Shown here: piece by piece, positions 19,973-30,115 of the stretch | Layout of the letters: each line of letters opens with the position of its first letter | Numbering within the stretch: the stretch's first letter is position 1 | Origin: Candidatus Phycocordibacter aenigmaticus | GTDB lineage: Bacteria > Patescibacteriota > Minisyncoccia > Phycocordibacterales > UBA2163 | NCBI GenBank assembly: GCA_002327585.1 | Contig: DCWL01000006.1 | Coordinates: 28,302-92,301, forward strand | Direction of reading: 5' to 3' | DNA length: 64,000 nt | The notes under the pieces: generated by a model | What the model saw: the letters and a program-made list of their open reading frames with translations, nothing else | The model's database searches: none | What the model was told of the DNA's origin: nothing | Translations under genes and position numbers: made by a program

Positions 19973-20959
19973 ATGCTTATATTTTGGATAATCGTTTTTA
20001 TTATTTCTATAACTGTGCTTGTAAAAGGTGCAGATTGGTTATTGGGAAGCGCTGAGAAAATAGGTCTTGCCGTCGGGCTTTCACCATTTATTGTAGGTGT
20101 CGTTATCGTCGGACTTGGCACTTCCTTTCCAGAACTTATTTCATCTCTTGTCGCCACATTTAGAGGTGTTACTGAGATAGTAACAGCAAATGCAATAGGT
20201 TCAAATATTGCTAATATTCTTTTGATTGTAGGAATTTCCGCGGTAGTTGGCGGTCGCCTTACGGTTACTAAAAATCTTATTGATGTCGATTTACCCTTGT
20301 TGGCTGTTTCCACAGCGCTTTTTCTTGGTATTGTATGGGACCGCCAAATAGTGCTTGGTGAATCAATTCTTTTGCTGGTTCTTTTTGTTATTTACCTTTT
20401 ATATACAATTTTACATAAAGACGATGAAGAAGAAGTTGAAGTTTTATCAACACGGTCTGATAGAAGAAAACACATAACTGGTCCAAAAAAGGAAGCCATC
20501 CAAAGACCAAAAGTTACTGGCAAAGATATTTTGTTCCTCATAATTGGTGTTCTTGGTTTAGCCATTGGCGCTAAATATCTCATAGATTCTGTCATAAAAT
20601 TGTCTGAAATTTTGGCCATTGGTGCTGGTGTTATCTCGCTTGTCGCTGTTTCACTTGGAACATCTTTGCCGGAACTTCTTGTTTCTATTAAGGCTGCTTG
20701 GCAGAAGAAACCCGAGGTCGCGCTTGGAAATATTTTTGGCTCTAACGTCTTTAATATACTTCTTGTAATCGGTATCCCTGGACTCTTCAAGACTTTAATT
20801 TTAGATGAGCAAACTTTTACACTTGGCATACCAGTTTTAATTGTTGCCACTTTTCTTTTTATCATCTCTGGTATTTCAAGAAAGATTCATGTTTACGAGG
20901 GAGCGATGTATATCGTCATCTATATATTCTTTATCGGTAAACTTTTCGGCTTTTTATAA
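19973..20959 (+). CDS. calcium/sodium antiporter (YrbG/CaCA family)
   Basis: Two alpha repeats GTSFPEL/GSNIANI and GTSLPEL/GSNVFN. Confidence 0.93.
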   Translation: MLIFWIIVFIISITVLVKGADWLLGSAEKIGLAVGLSPFIVGVVIVGLGTSFPELISSLVATFRGVTEIVTANAIGSNIANILLIVGISAVVGGRLTVTKNLIDVDLPLLAVSTALFLGIVWDRQIVLGESILLLVLFVIYLLYTILHKDDEEEVEVLSTRSDRRKHITGPKKEAIQRPKVTGKDILFLIIGVLGLAIGAKYLIDSVIKLSEILAIGAGVISLVAVSLGTSLPELLVSIKAAWQKKPEVALGNIFGSNVFNILLVIGIPGLFKTLILDEQTFTLGIPVLIVATFLFIISGISRKIHVYEGAMYIVIYIFFIGKLFGFL

Positions 20960-21039
20960 AATCTATAGAATACACCGCCAATATTTCTAAGTCACACAGC
21001 CTGATTGCCATCAATCCCCAAATACCATACAATAAGGGC

Positions 21040-21408
21040 ATGTCTAAAATATTGATAGTGGAAGACGATAACTTTCTTCTAGAAATGCTTATAAAAGAAA
21101 GCAAGAAAGAAGGTTTTGATATTGAGATATCAACCGACGGAGAAGATGCGTTGAAGAAAATAAAAAGCGATAGCTTTGATGTTGTTTTGCTTGACCTTAT
21201 TCTGCCGAAACTGCACGGCCTTGATCTTTTAGAAAAAACAAAAGACATCACAAATGCTCCGCCGATAATTGTTGTTTCAAATCTTTACGATAAAGAAAGC
21301 ATAGACAAAGCGACATCTCTCGGAGCTAAAGATTATATAATAAAAGTGCAGAGTACCCCTGAAAATATTATTAAAAAGGTCAAGACCTTTTTAGCAGAAA
21401 AGGATTAG
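21040..21408 (+). CDS. single-domain response regulator
   Basis: ILIVEDD, LLDLILP, GAKDYIIK. Confidence 0.92.
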   Translation: MSKILIVEDDNFLLEMLIKESKKEGFDIEISTDGEDALKKIKSDSFDVVLLDLILPKLHGLDLLEKTKDITNAPPIIVVSNLYDKESIDKATSLGAKDYIIKVQSTPENIIKKVKTFLAEKD

Positions 21409-21415
21409 ATGATTT

Positions 21416-22657
21416 CTATTTCCTATCTCTAGGTAGTATAAAGAAAAATGTTGAACCTCCTGTATCCTCACTTATAAATCCAACTTTGCCTCTATGTTCT
21501 TCAATTATATTTTTGGCAATGAAAAGCCCGAGTCCTGACCCTTCAGTATGCATTTCTATAGCTCTCTTGTCTCTAACAAATTTTGAAAATATATCTGATT
21601 GTACTTTCTTTGATATGCCAATACCATTATCTTTAATGCTGAATTTTATATCTTTACCACTCTTTTCCAATTGAATGTTTATTTTACCTCCATCTGGAGT
21701 ATATTTTATTGCATTGTCTATAAAATTATCAATAACAATTTTTATTCTATCTTTGTCTGCTGGGACATTTGGGAATGTGGTGCTTGGTTTATGAAATACT
21801 ATTGATATCTTTTTTTTCTTAATGTCATCTTTTCTATCCTGGATTATATTCTCAACAATCGTCTGCATATTAACAGACTCTAGTTTATATATAAAGCTTC
21901 CTTCCTCCATTTCAGTAACACGTAGAAGAAGTGATGTAAGTTCTACTAATCTATCGGTGCTGTTTATTATGTTTTTGGCAAGTCTCTCTTTATTGTTATT
22001 TTTAATATTGTCATCCAAAAAGTTTGAGGCTGTCCATTTTATTTCATTCAAAGGTGTCAAGAATTTATGTGATATTATCGTCAAATATTCCGATTTCATT
22101 TTGTCTAGATGTTTCTCTCTTGAAATGTCTCGTATTATTTTTAGTATTTCACCTCTTTTTTCACTTAATTTCACACTTATTATTTTAAATACATATTCTT
22201 TTCCATATTTATCTTTAAACAAATGCTCTGCTTCATTCTCAAAATAAGGTTTCTCAAATATGGCCTTGAATAAAGAGGATTTTTTTAATAACTCAGCGGA
22301 AGTCTTGTATAGAATTTCGGAGCTAGATACTCCCAAAAATTTCTCTGCCATGCCATTAACTGCAAGAATCTTCCCTGATTTGTCATGCACTACAAGCCCC
22401 TCTACCATATTCTCAACTATTTCTTTTTGACGCTCGCGAAGTAGTTTTTTTTCATCTTCCTGTTCTGAAATCCGCGAGGTAAATAAAAAAGAGAATTTTA
22501 TGAACACAATTATAATCGCAACAACAAGCGGTATTATTAGAAAACTTACATAAGCAATCGTTGAAAAATTGCCAGGATATAAATAAAACATCGCTGCATT
22601 TATAATCCCAAATGCAAATATTCCGGCTATTATCAAATAAATATTATTTTTTATCAT
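21416..22657 (-). CDS. PAS-domain sensor histidine kinase
   Basis: 2 TM, PAS, SHKFLTPL H-box, DNAIKY, DNGIG, GSGLGL; start trimmed. Confidence 0.92.
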   Translation of the reverse strand: MIKNNIYLIIAGIFAFGIINAAMFYLYPGNFSTIAYVSFLIIPLVVAIIIVFIKFSFLFTSRISEQEDEKKLLRERQKEIVENMVEGLVVHDKSGKILAVNGMAEKFLGVSSSEILYKTSAELLKKSSLFKAIFEKPYFENEAEHLFKDKYGKEYVFKIISVKLSEKRGEILKIIRDISREKHLDKMKSEYLTIISHKFLTPLNEIKWTASNFLDDNIKNNNKERLAKNIINSTDRLVELTSLLLRVTEMEEGSFIYKLESVNMQTIVENIIQDRKDDIKKKKISIVFHKPSTTFPNVPADKDRIKIVIDNFIDNAIKYTPDGGKINIQLEKSGKDIKFSIKDNGIGISKKVQSDIFSKFVRDKRAIEMHTEGSGLGLFIAKNIIEEHRGKVGFISEDTGGSTFFFILPRDRK

Positions 22658-22760
22658 ACTTAATGATACATTAAATCTATCATAAAAAGATACTCTTCTG
22701 AAACAAAATACACACAACGATATGTTGTGTGTATTTAAAGCATGTGAAATTAGGAATAAA

Positions 22761-23216
22761 TTATACCGTTCTCGCTCCTATTTTACCGCGAGCTTTTGCA
22801 AGCTTATACAATCCCAAAATTACAAGAATAAATCCAAGTCCTACACCAAGCGCGTGTGCAATCGATGATCCTGCTGGTCCTAAAAATGAAGGGAATGCCT
22901 CTACTCCTGTATACATCCATACAAGAATATGGGTATCTCCAACACCGTAGAGTAGTACACCCCATGCTATAAAGTAAAATGCTGACTGAAATACAGTTCC
23001 TTTAAATATACGCGCTACCAAATATGCCACTAATGCTGTCATAACAAGAAGAGTAATCTCTACTAAAAGAGTCACGAATACTTCAGGTATCCCATTTGGG
23101 CTTACATTAAAAAATGTACCAACTTTCTCATAAGAAAGCATTACCGGAAATACTAAGATCAAGTCAATAACAATAACAGTGATAATAATTGATTTTAATT
23201 TTGAAATACCATTCAT
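22761..23216 (-). CDS. 4-TM membrane protein
   Basis: Hydrophobic segments, two membrane-embedded His. Confidence 0.7.
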   Translation of the reverse strand: MNGISKLKSIIITVIVIDLILVFPVMLSYEKVGTFFNVSPNGIPEVFVTLLVEITLLVMTALVAYLVARIFKGTVFQSAFYFIAWGVLLYGVGDTHILVWMYTGVEAFPSFLGPAGSSIAHALGVGLGFILVILGLYKLAKARGKIGARTV

Positions 23217-23374
23217 AAATATAAAACTTTAAATATTATCTAACAATCATTTTCGACCATTAGACTTCTTATAAGAAGCCTGTGCCTTTAAAGAAATTAT
23301 CTCATATTGAGGTTTAGAATAGCAATAAAGTTATCCTACTGCGACATATTAATATCCATATTCATTTTATTGTC

Positions 23375-24487
23375 CTATTCTAAGGTTTTTATAAGGTCGG
23401 GCCGATCTTCTTTTGAAACTATAAGTTCACCTATTGCACCTCTATCAATTGCCTTTGCAAGGGTATGGCTAACTAAATGTAATACCCCTGGAACCTCCGT
23501 TGTTTTTTCAACCACAACAGCACCCCCTGCAGGGATGAGGGTTGTTTGCACATTTTTAAGAGGAGGTGATGTTAGATCTCCTTGTGTATATACAGAATCA
23601 AATATTTCGCCAATTATGTGAAAACTTGAAATTTTTTGCCCGCTGTTGCCAAAAAATATTCTTACGGTTTCTCCAGTATTTGAAGTAAGTGCCCTGTCTC
23701 CTTTAAGTGCTCCTATACGGCCGTTAAATATGTAGTATTCAGGTTGTTCTCTTAATAGTTTTTTCTTGCTTAATTCTTGAAATCCTTTATCTTCAAAATC
23801 ACCTTTAGTATAAAGTTCACCCTGCATTACATAATATTCTTTATCTACCTTAGGCAGCCCACCTTCAGGCTCAACAAGTATCATTCCATACATTCCGCGT
23901 GCAAGATGTGTTGGAACATGGGAACTTCCACAATGATAAATGTAAATACCTGGACGTGTTGTTTTAAACTCAAAAGATTTTGTCTCCCCTGGTGCAACTT
24001 TTATTAATTCTGCACCACCCATAAAGCCAAGCGCCGCATGGAAGTCAACCGAATGTTCTCCTTGGCCAGCTTTTATGTGAACATCTTGTGGATTTGATCT
24101 GACGCGAGAAAGATCATGCGAATGACCTTTCATAGGCGAATCTTTGGGAATATGCGTCAGTTGAACTTCAACTATATCTCCCTGCCTCACACGGACAAAT
24201 GGTCCTGGAACCCTTCTGTTGTATGTCCAATATTCAAATGTCTTTCCGTTGTCAAATTCTGCTATTTCCGAAATAACTTCAAGTTCTATTTTAACGCGCT
24301 CTGAATAGTCTCTTTCAATCGGCGGAGGGAGATCATCTGCCCGTCTTGCTATTTCATCTATGCCAACGACTCTTGCTTTTTTAAACGCTTCGATAAAAGA
24401 AAAATACCCCATTAAAATACTAAAAATAATAATTAGGAAAAATGGGATAGTAAGAAGTATTTCTTTCCTCCTCTCGATTTTGTTCAT
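23375..24487 (-). CDS. nirK: copper-containing nitrite reductase
   Basis: HSVDFHAA, YHCG...H...GMYG, SSFHIIGE, VSH: type 1 and type 2 Cu ligands and catalytic Asp/His present; N-terminal TM anchor. Confidence 0.85.
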   Translation of the reverse strand: MNKIERRKEILLTIPFFLIIIFSILMGYFSFIEAFKKARVVGIDEIARRADDLPPPIERDYSERVKIELEVISEIAEFDNGKTFEYWTYNRRVPGPFVRVRQGDIVEVQLTHIPKDSPMKGHSHDLSRVRSNPQDVHIKAGQGEHSVDFHAALGFMGGAELIKVAPGETKSFEFKTTRPGIYIYHCGSSHVPTHLARGMYGMILVEPEGGLPKVDKEYYVMQGELYTKGDFEDKGFQELSKKKLLREQPEYYIFNGRIGALKGDRALTSNTGETVRIFFGNSGQKISSFHIIGEIFDSVYTQGDLTSPPLKNVQTTLIPAGGAVVVEKTTEVPGVLHLVSHTLAKAIDRGAIGELIVSKEDRPDLIKTLE

Positions 24488-24670
24488 ATCTATACTTTAT
24501 ATCACTTATACAACAATTCAACAAAAGAAATTTGTTTTCAAAACATTGCATGATAATATATATATACGTGCAGAGCAATTCTTACACAATATCTTTCTGC
24601 CTTCAGATAGATAATATATAATTATTCTAAAGGGTGTATAAATACAATCAAATCTTAATTTAAAAACACT

Positions 24671-25135
24671 ATGGCAATACAACTTCAGTGGAGTGCGTTT
24701 GAGCATGAGCATATACATAAAAATTCCGACTGGTTCTGGGCTCTAGGAATTGTTGCTATTGCCGGAGCAGTAATGGCAATTATTTTCAACAATATATTGT
24801 TTGCAATCGTAATTTTACTCGGCGCTTTTGTGCTTGGAATACATGCATCAAAAAGACCAAACCGTGTAGACTTTAAAATAATTCAGCGTGGCATCGTCAT
24901 CGGCAATGTCCTGCATCCATATTCATCATTGGAATCATTCTGGGTTGAAGATGTAGATGAAAATACAGCTCCAAAGCTTTTAATAAAATCAAAAAAACTT
25001 CTTGCTCCTCATATTATTATCCCAATAGAGGATGTATCTCCAAATGATGTGCGCAATTATCTTTTAGAATATTTAGTTGAAGAAGAAGATAGTGAATCTC
25101 TCGTGCAGAAAATCATGGAATTCTTCGGCTTTTAA
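24671..25135 (+). CDS. conserved CPR membrane protein
   Basis: W.A.E.....K..DW.W, 2 TM, Y..L.SFW pattern. Confidence 0.75.
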   Translation: MAIQLQWSAFEHEHIHKNSDWFWALGIVAIAGAVMAIIFNNILFAIVILLGAFVLGIHASKRPNRVDFKIIQRGIVIGNVLHPYSSLESFWVEDVDENTAPKLLIKSKKLLAPHIIIPIEDVSPNDVRNYLLEYLVEEEDSESLVQKIMEFFGF

Positions 25136-25140
25136 TGCTA

Positions 25141-25212
25141 TCCTCCTGACAGGAATTGAACCTGTATTACGGGCTCCGCAAGCCCGCGTTCTATCCATTA
25201 AACTACAGGAGG
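25141..25212 (-). tRNA. tRNA-Arg(GCG)
   Basis: CGGGC-TTGCGGA-GCCCG anticodon arm. Confidence 0.92.
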
Positions 25213-25217
25213 GCACT

Positions 25218-25475
25218 TTAATTATTTATAAATTTTATCAGGCGGGATTTTTTGCGTGCAGCAGTATTTTTCTTTATAACTCCCCTTTTTGCCGCTTTGT
25301 CAATCGCTTTGTACGCTTTCCCAAGAAGAGCTGTTGCTTCTTCTTTCTTTTTATCTCCAGCAAGCTTTCTTATTTCTTTTACCGTATCCCTTAGGGTATT
25401 CATCCGACGCAGATTAAAAACGCGCTTCCGCGCTGAGCTTCTTATTGCCTTTTTTGCCGATTTTGTTATTGCCAT
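25218..25475 (-). CDS. rpsT: 30S ribosomal protein S20
   Basis: KSAKKAIR, IDKAAKRGVIKKNTAARKKSRL. Confidence 0.97.
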   Translation of the reverse strand: MAITKSAKKAIRSSARKRVFNLRRMNTLRDTVKEIRKLAGDKKKEEATALLGKAYKAIDKAAKRGVIKKNTAARKKSRLIKFINN

Positions 25476-25602
25476 ATTCTAGCTTATAGCTTTTAGCTTC
25501 ATTAACTAATTAGCTTTTCAGTACTTTATCAGCAATAATCTTAAAATGCAAGGTTTAGGTAGTATACTTGATACTTAATACCTAATACTTCATACTTAAC
25601 CC

Positions 25603-26187
25603 ATGATTGCCCAGCTTAAAGGAGAAATAGCTGAAATAACAGGTAATTCCATTGTGCTTCTTGTAGGTGGCGTAGGATATAAAGTCAATATGACGATTGA
25701 GACAATAAAGAAGATCCGCGATTCTGGAAGTCCTGTGATTTCACTAAAAACACACTTAGCTGTCCGTGAGACATCGCTTGATCTTTATGGATTTCTGGAA
25801 AATGAAGAGCTTAAGTTTTTTGAGATGCTTATATCAATATCAGGAATAGGCCCAAAGTCGGGGCTTGCAATTCTCTCTGTCGCGGATGTTTCAACTCTTA
25901 AAACCGCTGTATCCTCAGGCGAAAGTACATATTTAACAAAGGTCTCAGGTATTGGCCGAAAGAGCGCGGAGAAAATTATAATTGAGCTTAGAGATAAACT
26001 CGACTCAACAGAGAGCAGGGGCGACAGCTCAATGATTAAAGATGAAATAGAAACGCTTGAAGCTCTTCAGGCTCTTGGATACTCAACAAGAGAAGCACGT
26101 GAGGCAATGAAGAAAATCGGTAAAGGAACTGTTGGGGCAAGCGACCGACTAAAAGAGGTACTTAAAATACTCGGCAATCAAACATGA
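25603..26187 (+). CDS. ruvA: Holliday junction branch migration protein RuvA
   Basis: GGVGY, LYGF, ISGIGPK, GIGRKSAEKIIIEL, AL.ALGY. Confidence 0.96.
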   Translation: MIAQLKGEIAEITGNSIVLLVGGVGYKVNMTIETIKKIRDSGSPVISLKTHLAVRETSLDLYGFLENEELKFFEMLISISGIGPKSGLAILSVADVSTLKTAVSSGESTYLTKVSGIGRKSAEKIIIELRDKLDSTESRGDSSMIKDEIETLEALQALGYSTREAREAMKKIGKGTVGASDRLKEVLKILGNQT

Positions 26188-27452
26188 TAGAAAATATTTT
26201 AAGTTTGGGGAAGAAAATCATTCCGACAAAGATTTTCCATACAGTTCAGCCTGTATATCACTTTTTAATGGCATTTTTTGGAGCCTTATATTATAGATTT
26301 CCCTCGCGAAAAATTTTTATCATAGGTGTAACGGGAACAAAAGGAAAAACAACGATAACAGAATTGATAAACGCCATCCTGGAAAACGCTGGAGAAAAAG
26401 TCGCACTTCTAAACACAATTCGCTTCAAAATCAGAAATAAAGAAGAAAAAAATCTTTTTAAAATGACAATGCCAGGGCGATTTTTTATACAAAGATTTCT
26501 CTACAGTGCGGTAAATGCACATTGCAAATATGCAGTAATAGAAATGACATCAGAAGGTGCCAAGCAGTTCAGGCATAAATTCATCGCGCTTGACTCACTT
26601 ATATTTACTAACATCGCGCCCGAGCATATTGAATCGCATGGCTCGTTTGAAAACTATCTGAATGCAAAATTAAAAATAGCGCACTCTCTTGAGAACTCTC
26701 CAAAGAAAAATAAGATAGTGATAGTAAACAGTGACGACAAATACGGCGAGAAGTTTTTGAAAGTCTTGGTTAAAAATAAAATACCGTTTTCTCTTAAAAA
26801 CGCTGAGCCGTATATTCTTTCTGAAAAATTTACAGAAATAACATTTGACGGACTGAAAATTCACTTAAAACTCGTCGGAACATTCAGTATATACAACGTA
26901 CTTGCCGCAATAAACTTTGCAAAAAGCCAAAATATAAGTTTTAATATTATAAAAAACACGCTTGAAAAATTTGAGGGAGTTAAAGGCAGAGTTGAGAGAA
27001 TAGACGAGGGGCAGGATTTTACCGTGATAGTGGACTACGCACATACAAAAGAATCTTTAGAAGAACTCTGCAAAGCATTCGGCAAATCAGAGAAAATTTG
27101 TGTCCTTGGAAGCACCGGTGGAGGAAGAGATAAATGGAAAAGGCCTGAGATGGGTAAGATTGCTGATAATTATTGCAAGCATATAATTCTTACAAACGAA
27201 GACCCTTATGACGAGGACCCTGTGCGAATTATAGAAAATGTGGCGGAAGGGATAATTAAAAATAACCCTGAGATAATAATTGACAGAAGAGAGGCAATAA
27301 AAAAAGCATTAACATCTGCAGAAAAAACCGATATAGTATTGATAACAGGAAAAGGAACCGACCCTTATATAATGGAGTCAAATGGTAAAAAAACACCGTG
27401 GAGCGACGCTGAGGTCGCAAGAGAAGAACTCCGTCTATTAATTAATAAATAA
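26184..27452 (+). CDS. murE: MurE-like Mur ligase (lacking N-terminal domain)
   Basis: GVTGTKGKTT, DYAHT, GGGRD, EDP, GKG motifs. Confidence 0.85.
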   Translation: MIENILSLGKKIIPTKIFHTVQPVYHFLMAFFGALYYRFPSRKIFIIGVTGTKGKTTITELINAILENAGEKVALLNTIRFKIRNKEEKNLFKMTMPGRFFIQRFLYSAVNAHCKYAVIEMTSEGAKQFRHKFIALDSLIFTNIAPEHIESHGSFENYLNAKLKIAHSLENSPKKNKIVIVNSDDKYGEKFLKVLVKNKIPFSLKNAEPYILSEKFTEITFDGLKIHLKLVGTFSIYNVLAAINFAKSQNISFNIIKNTLEKFEGVKGRVERIDEGQDFTVIVDYAHTKESLEELCKAFGKSEKICVLGSTGGGRDKWKRPEMGKIADNYCKHIILTNEDPYDEDPVRIIENVAEGIIKNNPEIIIDRREAIKKALTSAEKTDIVLITGKGTDPYIMESNGKKTPWSDAEVAREELRLLINK

Positions 27453-27459
27453 AAATATC

Positions 27460-28374
27460 GTGGGAGCAAAAGGAGACCTTATATTGGTAATACTTATAAT
27501 AACGGGACTTGGTATTGTCTGGCTTTTTACAGGTGGGCCAGAGCGAGAGCGCCTTGATACAGGAATATTCTTGAAGCCTCCTCCTCCGCTTGGATCAGGC
27601 GAGAAATACGGAAAGTTTGGAGTTTCTATTGAAAAAGTAAGGAACAATTTAGATGAAGTGTCAGAGGAACTGGAAGATATACAGGCGCGGGGGGAATTTT
27701 CAAAATACGAAGATAAAATAACAATTGGAAAAAAAGCTTCAGGACCAAAAAAGGATTCCGCTCAGGAAGAGTATGTAATTCTGTCAGCTTCACGGAGAAA
27801 TGCAGAAAATATTTCCATTACGGGATGGAAACTTGAAAGTATGATTTCAAAAAAGAAGATGGTTATAGGCGGAGCGGTTGAGGTGTTCAGGTCGGGTGTT
27901 ATAAATGCCGAGCCACCGATATCTCTTAAAGCAGGGGAGGAAGTAATCATTTCAACCGGCCGTTCTCCAATAGGCGCATCATTTAAGATGAATAAATGTG
28001 TAGGATATTTTGAGCAATTTCAAGATTTCTCGCCGAGCTTGAGAAAGAACTGCCCAAGTCCGTTGGATGAATTTGATAAATTCGCAAACATGCCACCAAG
28101 TGATTTTACTTGCAAGGACATTGTAAAAAGTCTTAGCTGGTGCGAGATGCCCATTGATGCGCTTCCCTTAGGGACGACGAATAGTTGCAGTGAGTTCATA
28201 TCGAAAAATATAAACTACACGGGGTGCGTAAAAAACCATAGAAATGATCTAGATTTTATAGGAGATGAGTGGAGAGTTTTCCTTGGAAGAAGCGGGGAAA
28301 TATGGAGGGAAAAGCGCGAAATCATACGGCTTCTGGATAATGAAGGGAAGATTGTAGATATATACACTTATTAA
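27460..28374 (+). CDS. membrane-anchored lamin-tail-like domain protein
   Basis: N-terminal TM, EEYVIL...ISITGWKL, IW......I.LLD.EGK.VD; Cys-rich insert. Confidence 0.65.
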   Translation: MGAKGDLILVILIITGLGIVWLFTGGPERERLDTGIFLKPPPPLGSGEKYGKFGVSIEKVRNNLDEVSEELEDIQARGEFSKYEDKITIGKKASGPKKDSAQEEYVILSASRRNAENISITGWKLESMISKKKMVIGGAVEVFRSGVINAEPPISLKAGEEVIISTGRSPIGASFKMNKCVGYFEQFQDFSPSLRKNCPSPLDEFDKFANMPPSDFTCKDIVKSLSWCEMPIDALPLGTTNSCSEFISKNINYTGCVKNHRNDLDFIGDEWRVFLGRSGEIWREKREIIRLLDNEGKIVDIYTY

Positions 28375-28841
28375 ATATTAAGAACTCTGAAAATAAAAAC
28401 TCCTACTGCAACAGAAACATTGAGTGATTCTTTTCTGCCAAGCATTTTAATTTGCACAATTTGATCACACTTTTTTAAAATTAATTTTGAGAGTCCTTTT
28501 ACTTCATTTCCGAAAATAAATGCTGTAGGAAATTTTATTTTAAGTTTCTTGTAATCAATTGCATTTTCTCTCTGTTCAACTGCGATTATTTTAAATTCAT
28601 CTTTTTTGATTTTTTTTATAAGAGAATCTATTGATTTAATATGTTCCCACTCTATAGATTTTTCCGCGCCAAGCGCAGTCTTTGCTAAATCCTTCCTTGC
28701 TCTCCCAAAACGGTCCACGGGCGTAGGTGTATAGCCAGTTAGATAAATTTTTGAAATACCTGCAGCATCTGCAGTTCTAAAAATAGCGCCGATATTATGA
28801 ACGCTTCTAATGTTATGAAGTATTAAACAAGCTTTAGCCAT
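28371..28841 (-). CDS. TrmH/SpoU family RNA methyltransferase
   Basis: HNIGAIFRTADA, FGNEVKG, ESLNVSVA. Confidence 0.92.
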   Translation of the reverse strand: MAKACLILHNIRSVHNIGAIFRTADAAGISKIYLTGYTPTPVDRFGRARKDLAKTALGAEKSIEWEHIKSIDSLIKKIKKDEFKIIAVEQRENAIDYKKLKIKFPTAFIFGNEVKGLSKLILKKCDQIVQIKMLGRKESLNVSVAVGVFIFRVLNI

Positions 28842-28876
28842 AGAAAATATTATATACAAATGCTACAATATTACTA

Positions 28877-29290
28877 ATGTTAAATACATTTCCAAATCTA
28901 TTGTTTTTAGGGCTTCTCTCGCCATTTTTAATCCGCATCACAGTCGGCCTAATGTTTCTTTGGATAGGATATTCTTATTTATTCAAAGATAGAGTTACGG
29001 CTACAAATCAAGTTGCAAACAGATGGCCTAAATTGGCAATATCCATTGTATGGTTCGGCGGAATACTTGAAATTATCACTGGTTTTTTTCTTATAGCAGG
29101 ATTTCTGACGCAGATTGCCGCAATCGCAGGAGTCTTGATTGCAATTGACGCACTGTTTGTAAAGTGGCTGTACAAAGATCTGAATAAGGTGGCAAAATAC
29201 AGTAAAATGTTTTACATTCTTATGCTTGTTGCATCTTTATCTCTTATTTTCTCTGGAGCAGGCGCATTCGCGTTTGATTTACCTCTATAA
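28877..29290 (+). CDS. DoxX family membrane protein
   Basis: RI..G..F, EI..G..LIAGFLTQ, GAGAFAFD. Confidence 0.85.
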   Translation: MLNTFPNLLFLGLLSPFLIRITVGLMFLWIGYSYLFKDRVTATNQVANRWPKLAISIVWFGGILEIITGFFLIAGFLTQIAAIAGVLIAIDALFVKWLYKDLNKVAKYSKMFYILMLVASLSLIFSGAGAFAFDLPL

Positions 29291-29321
29291 TAGTGGTATT
29301 ATTTTTCTTGTCTTAATTTAA

Positions 29322-29395
29322 CCGCCCATAGCTCAGTTTGGTAGAGCACCTGCCTTTTAAGCAGAGGGTCGTAGGTTCGAGTCCTACTGGGCGGA
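29322..29395 (+). tRNA. tRNA-Lys(TTT)
   Basis: CCGCCCA...TGGGCGG acceptor, loop CTTTTAA. Confidence 0.92.
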
Positions 29396-29398
29396 CAA

Positions 29399-30115
29399 TT
29401 ATATTCCTAAAATAAATCTCTCTAGTGCCGTGTCCATTTCATGTATTCCTTTTCTGGTATCGTGATACAAAGATACAAGTGAGTTGGAAAACTTTTTAAG
29501 TTCACTTTCAGAATAGTTTTTCAGAAATCCAAAGGATTTTCTGAATACAAATGGGTTAAGCCCTGATTCCATAGCACTTTGTGCATTCAAAGAGAGTATT
29601 ATACTCTTAATCTGCCAGAATAAAATTCCATGAATTTCTTCATCTGAAACATTATTTAGTTTTGCTTTCTGATACAAAACCCAAAGTCCTTTCTTGTCTC
29701 TTCTGCCAAAAGCATTAGTTAGTGAGAATATATCAAACTTCTTTTTTTCAACTATACTTTTTTTACTGAACTTTTGTATCTTCTCTGCGTATTTTTTAAA
29801 CCTGTTAAGTTCCGTCTTGTTTAATTTCTCTTCAAGGAAAATAAAAATATTTTGTGACTGTGAAATCTCTTTTAATTTTTTCAAAATCGCATCTTTCATC
29901 TGTTTTTCCTCAAATAAATTGTCAAAAACAATTACATATTTATTTTTAAAAAGTCCTTGTCCTCCTATAAACTCAGTAATTCTTTCTTCATCAAAATTCT
30001 CCGTATCAACGCGTATAAAAGATGCGTCCGGTTTTTTTACAAACATACTATTCAAAAGCGTATGCAATTTTTTTCGCGATTCTATTGTATCTGTACCATA
30101 TAAAAGATATATCAT
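29399..30115 (-). CDS. holA: DNA polymerase III delta subunit-like protein (short CPR form)
   Basis: MIYLLYGTD, GLF, IFSLTNAF, LERFIL. Confidence 0.7.
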   Translation of the reverse strand: MIYLLYGTDTIESRKKLHTLLNSMFVKKPDASFIRVDTENFDEERITEFIGGQGLFKNKYVIVFDNLFEEKQMKDAILKKLKEISQSQNIFIFLEEKLNKTELNRFKKYAEKIQKFSKKSIVEKKKFDIFSLTNAFGRRDKKGLWVLYQKAKLNNVSDEEIHGILFWQIKSIILSLNAQSAMESGLNPFVFRKSFGFLKNYSESELKKFSNSLVSLYHDTRKGIHEMDTALERFILGI

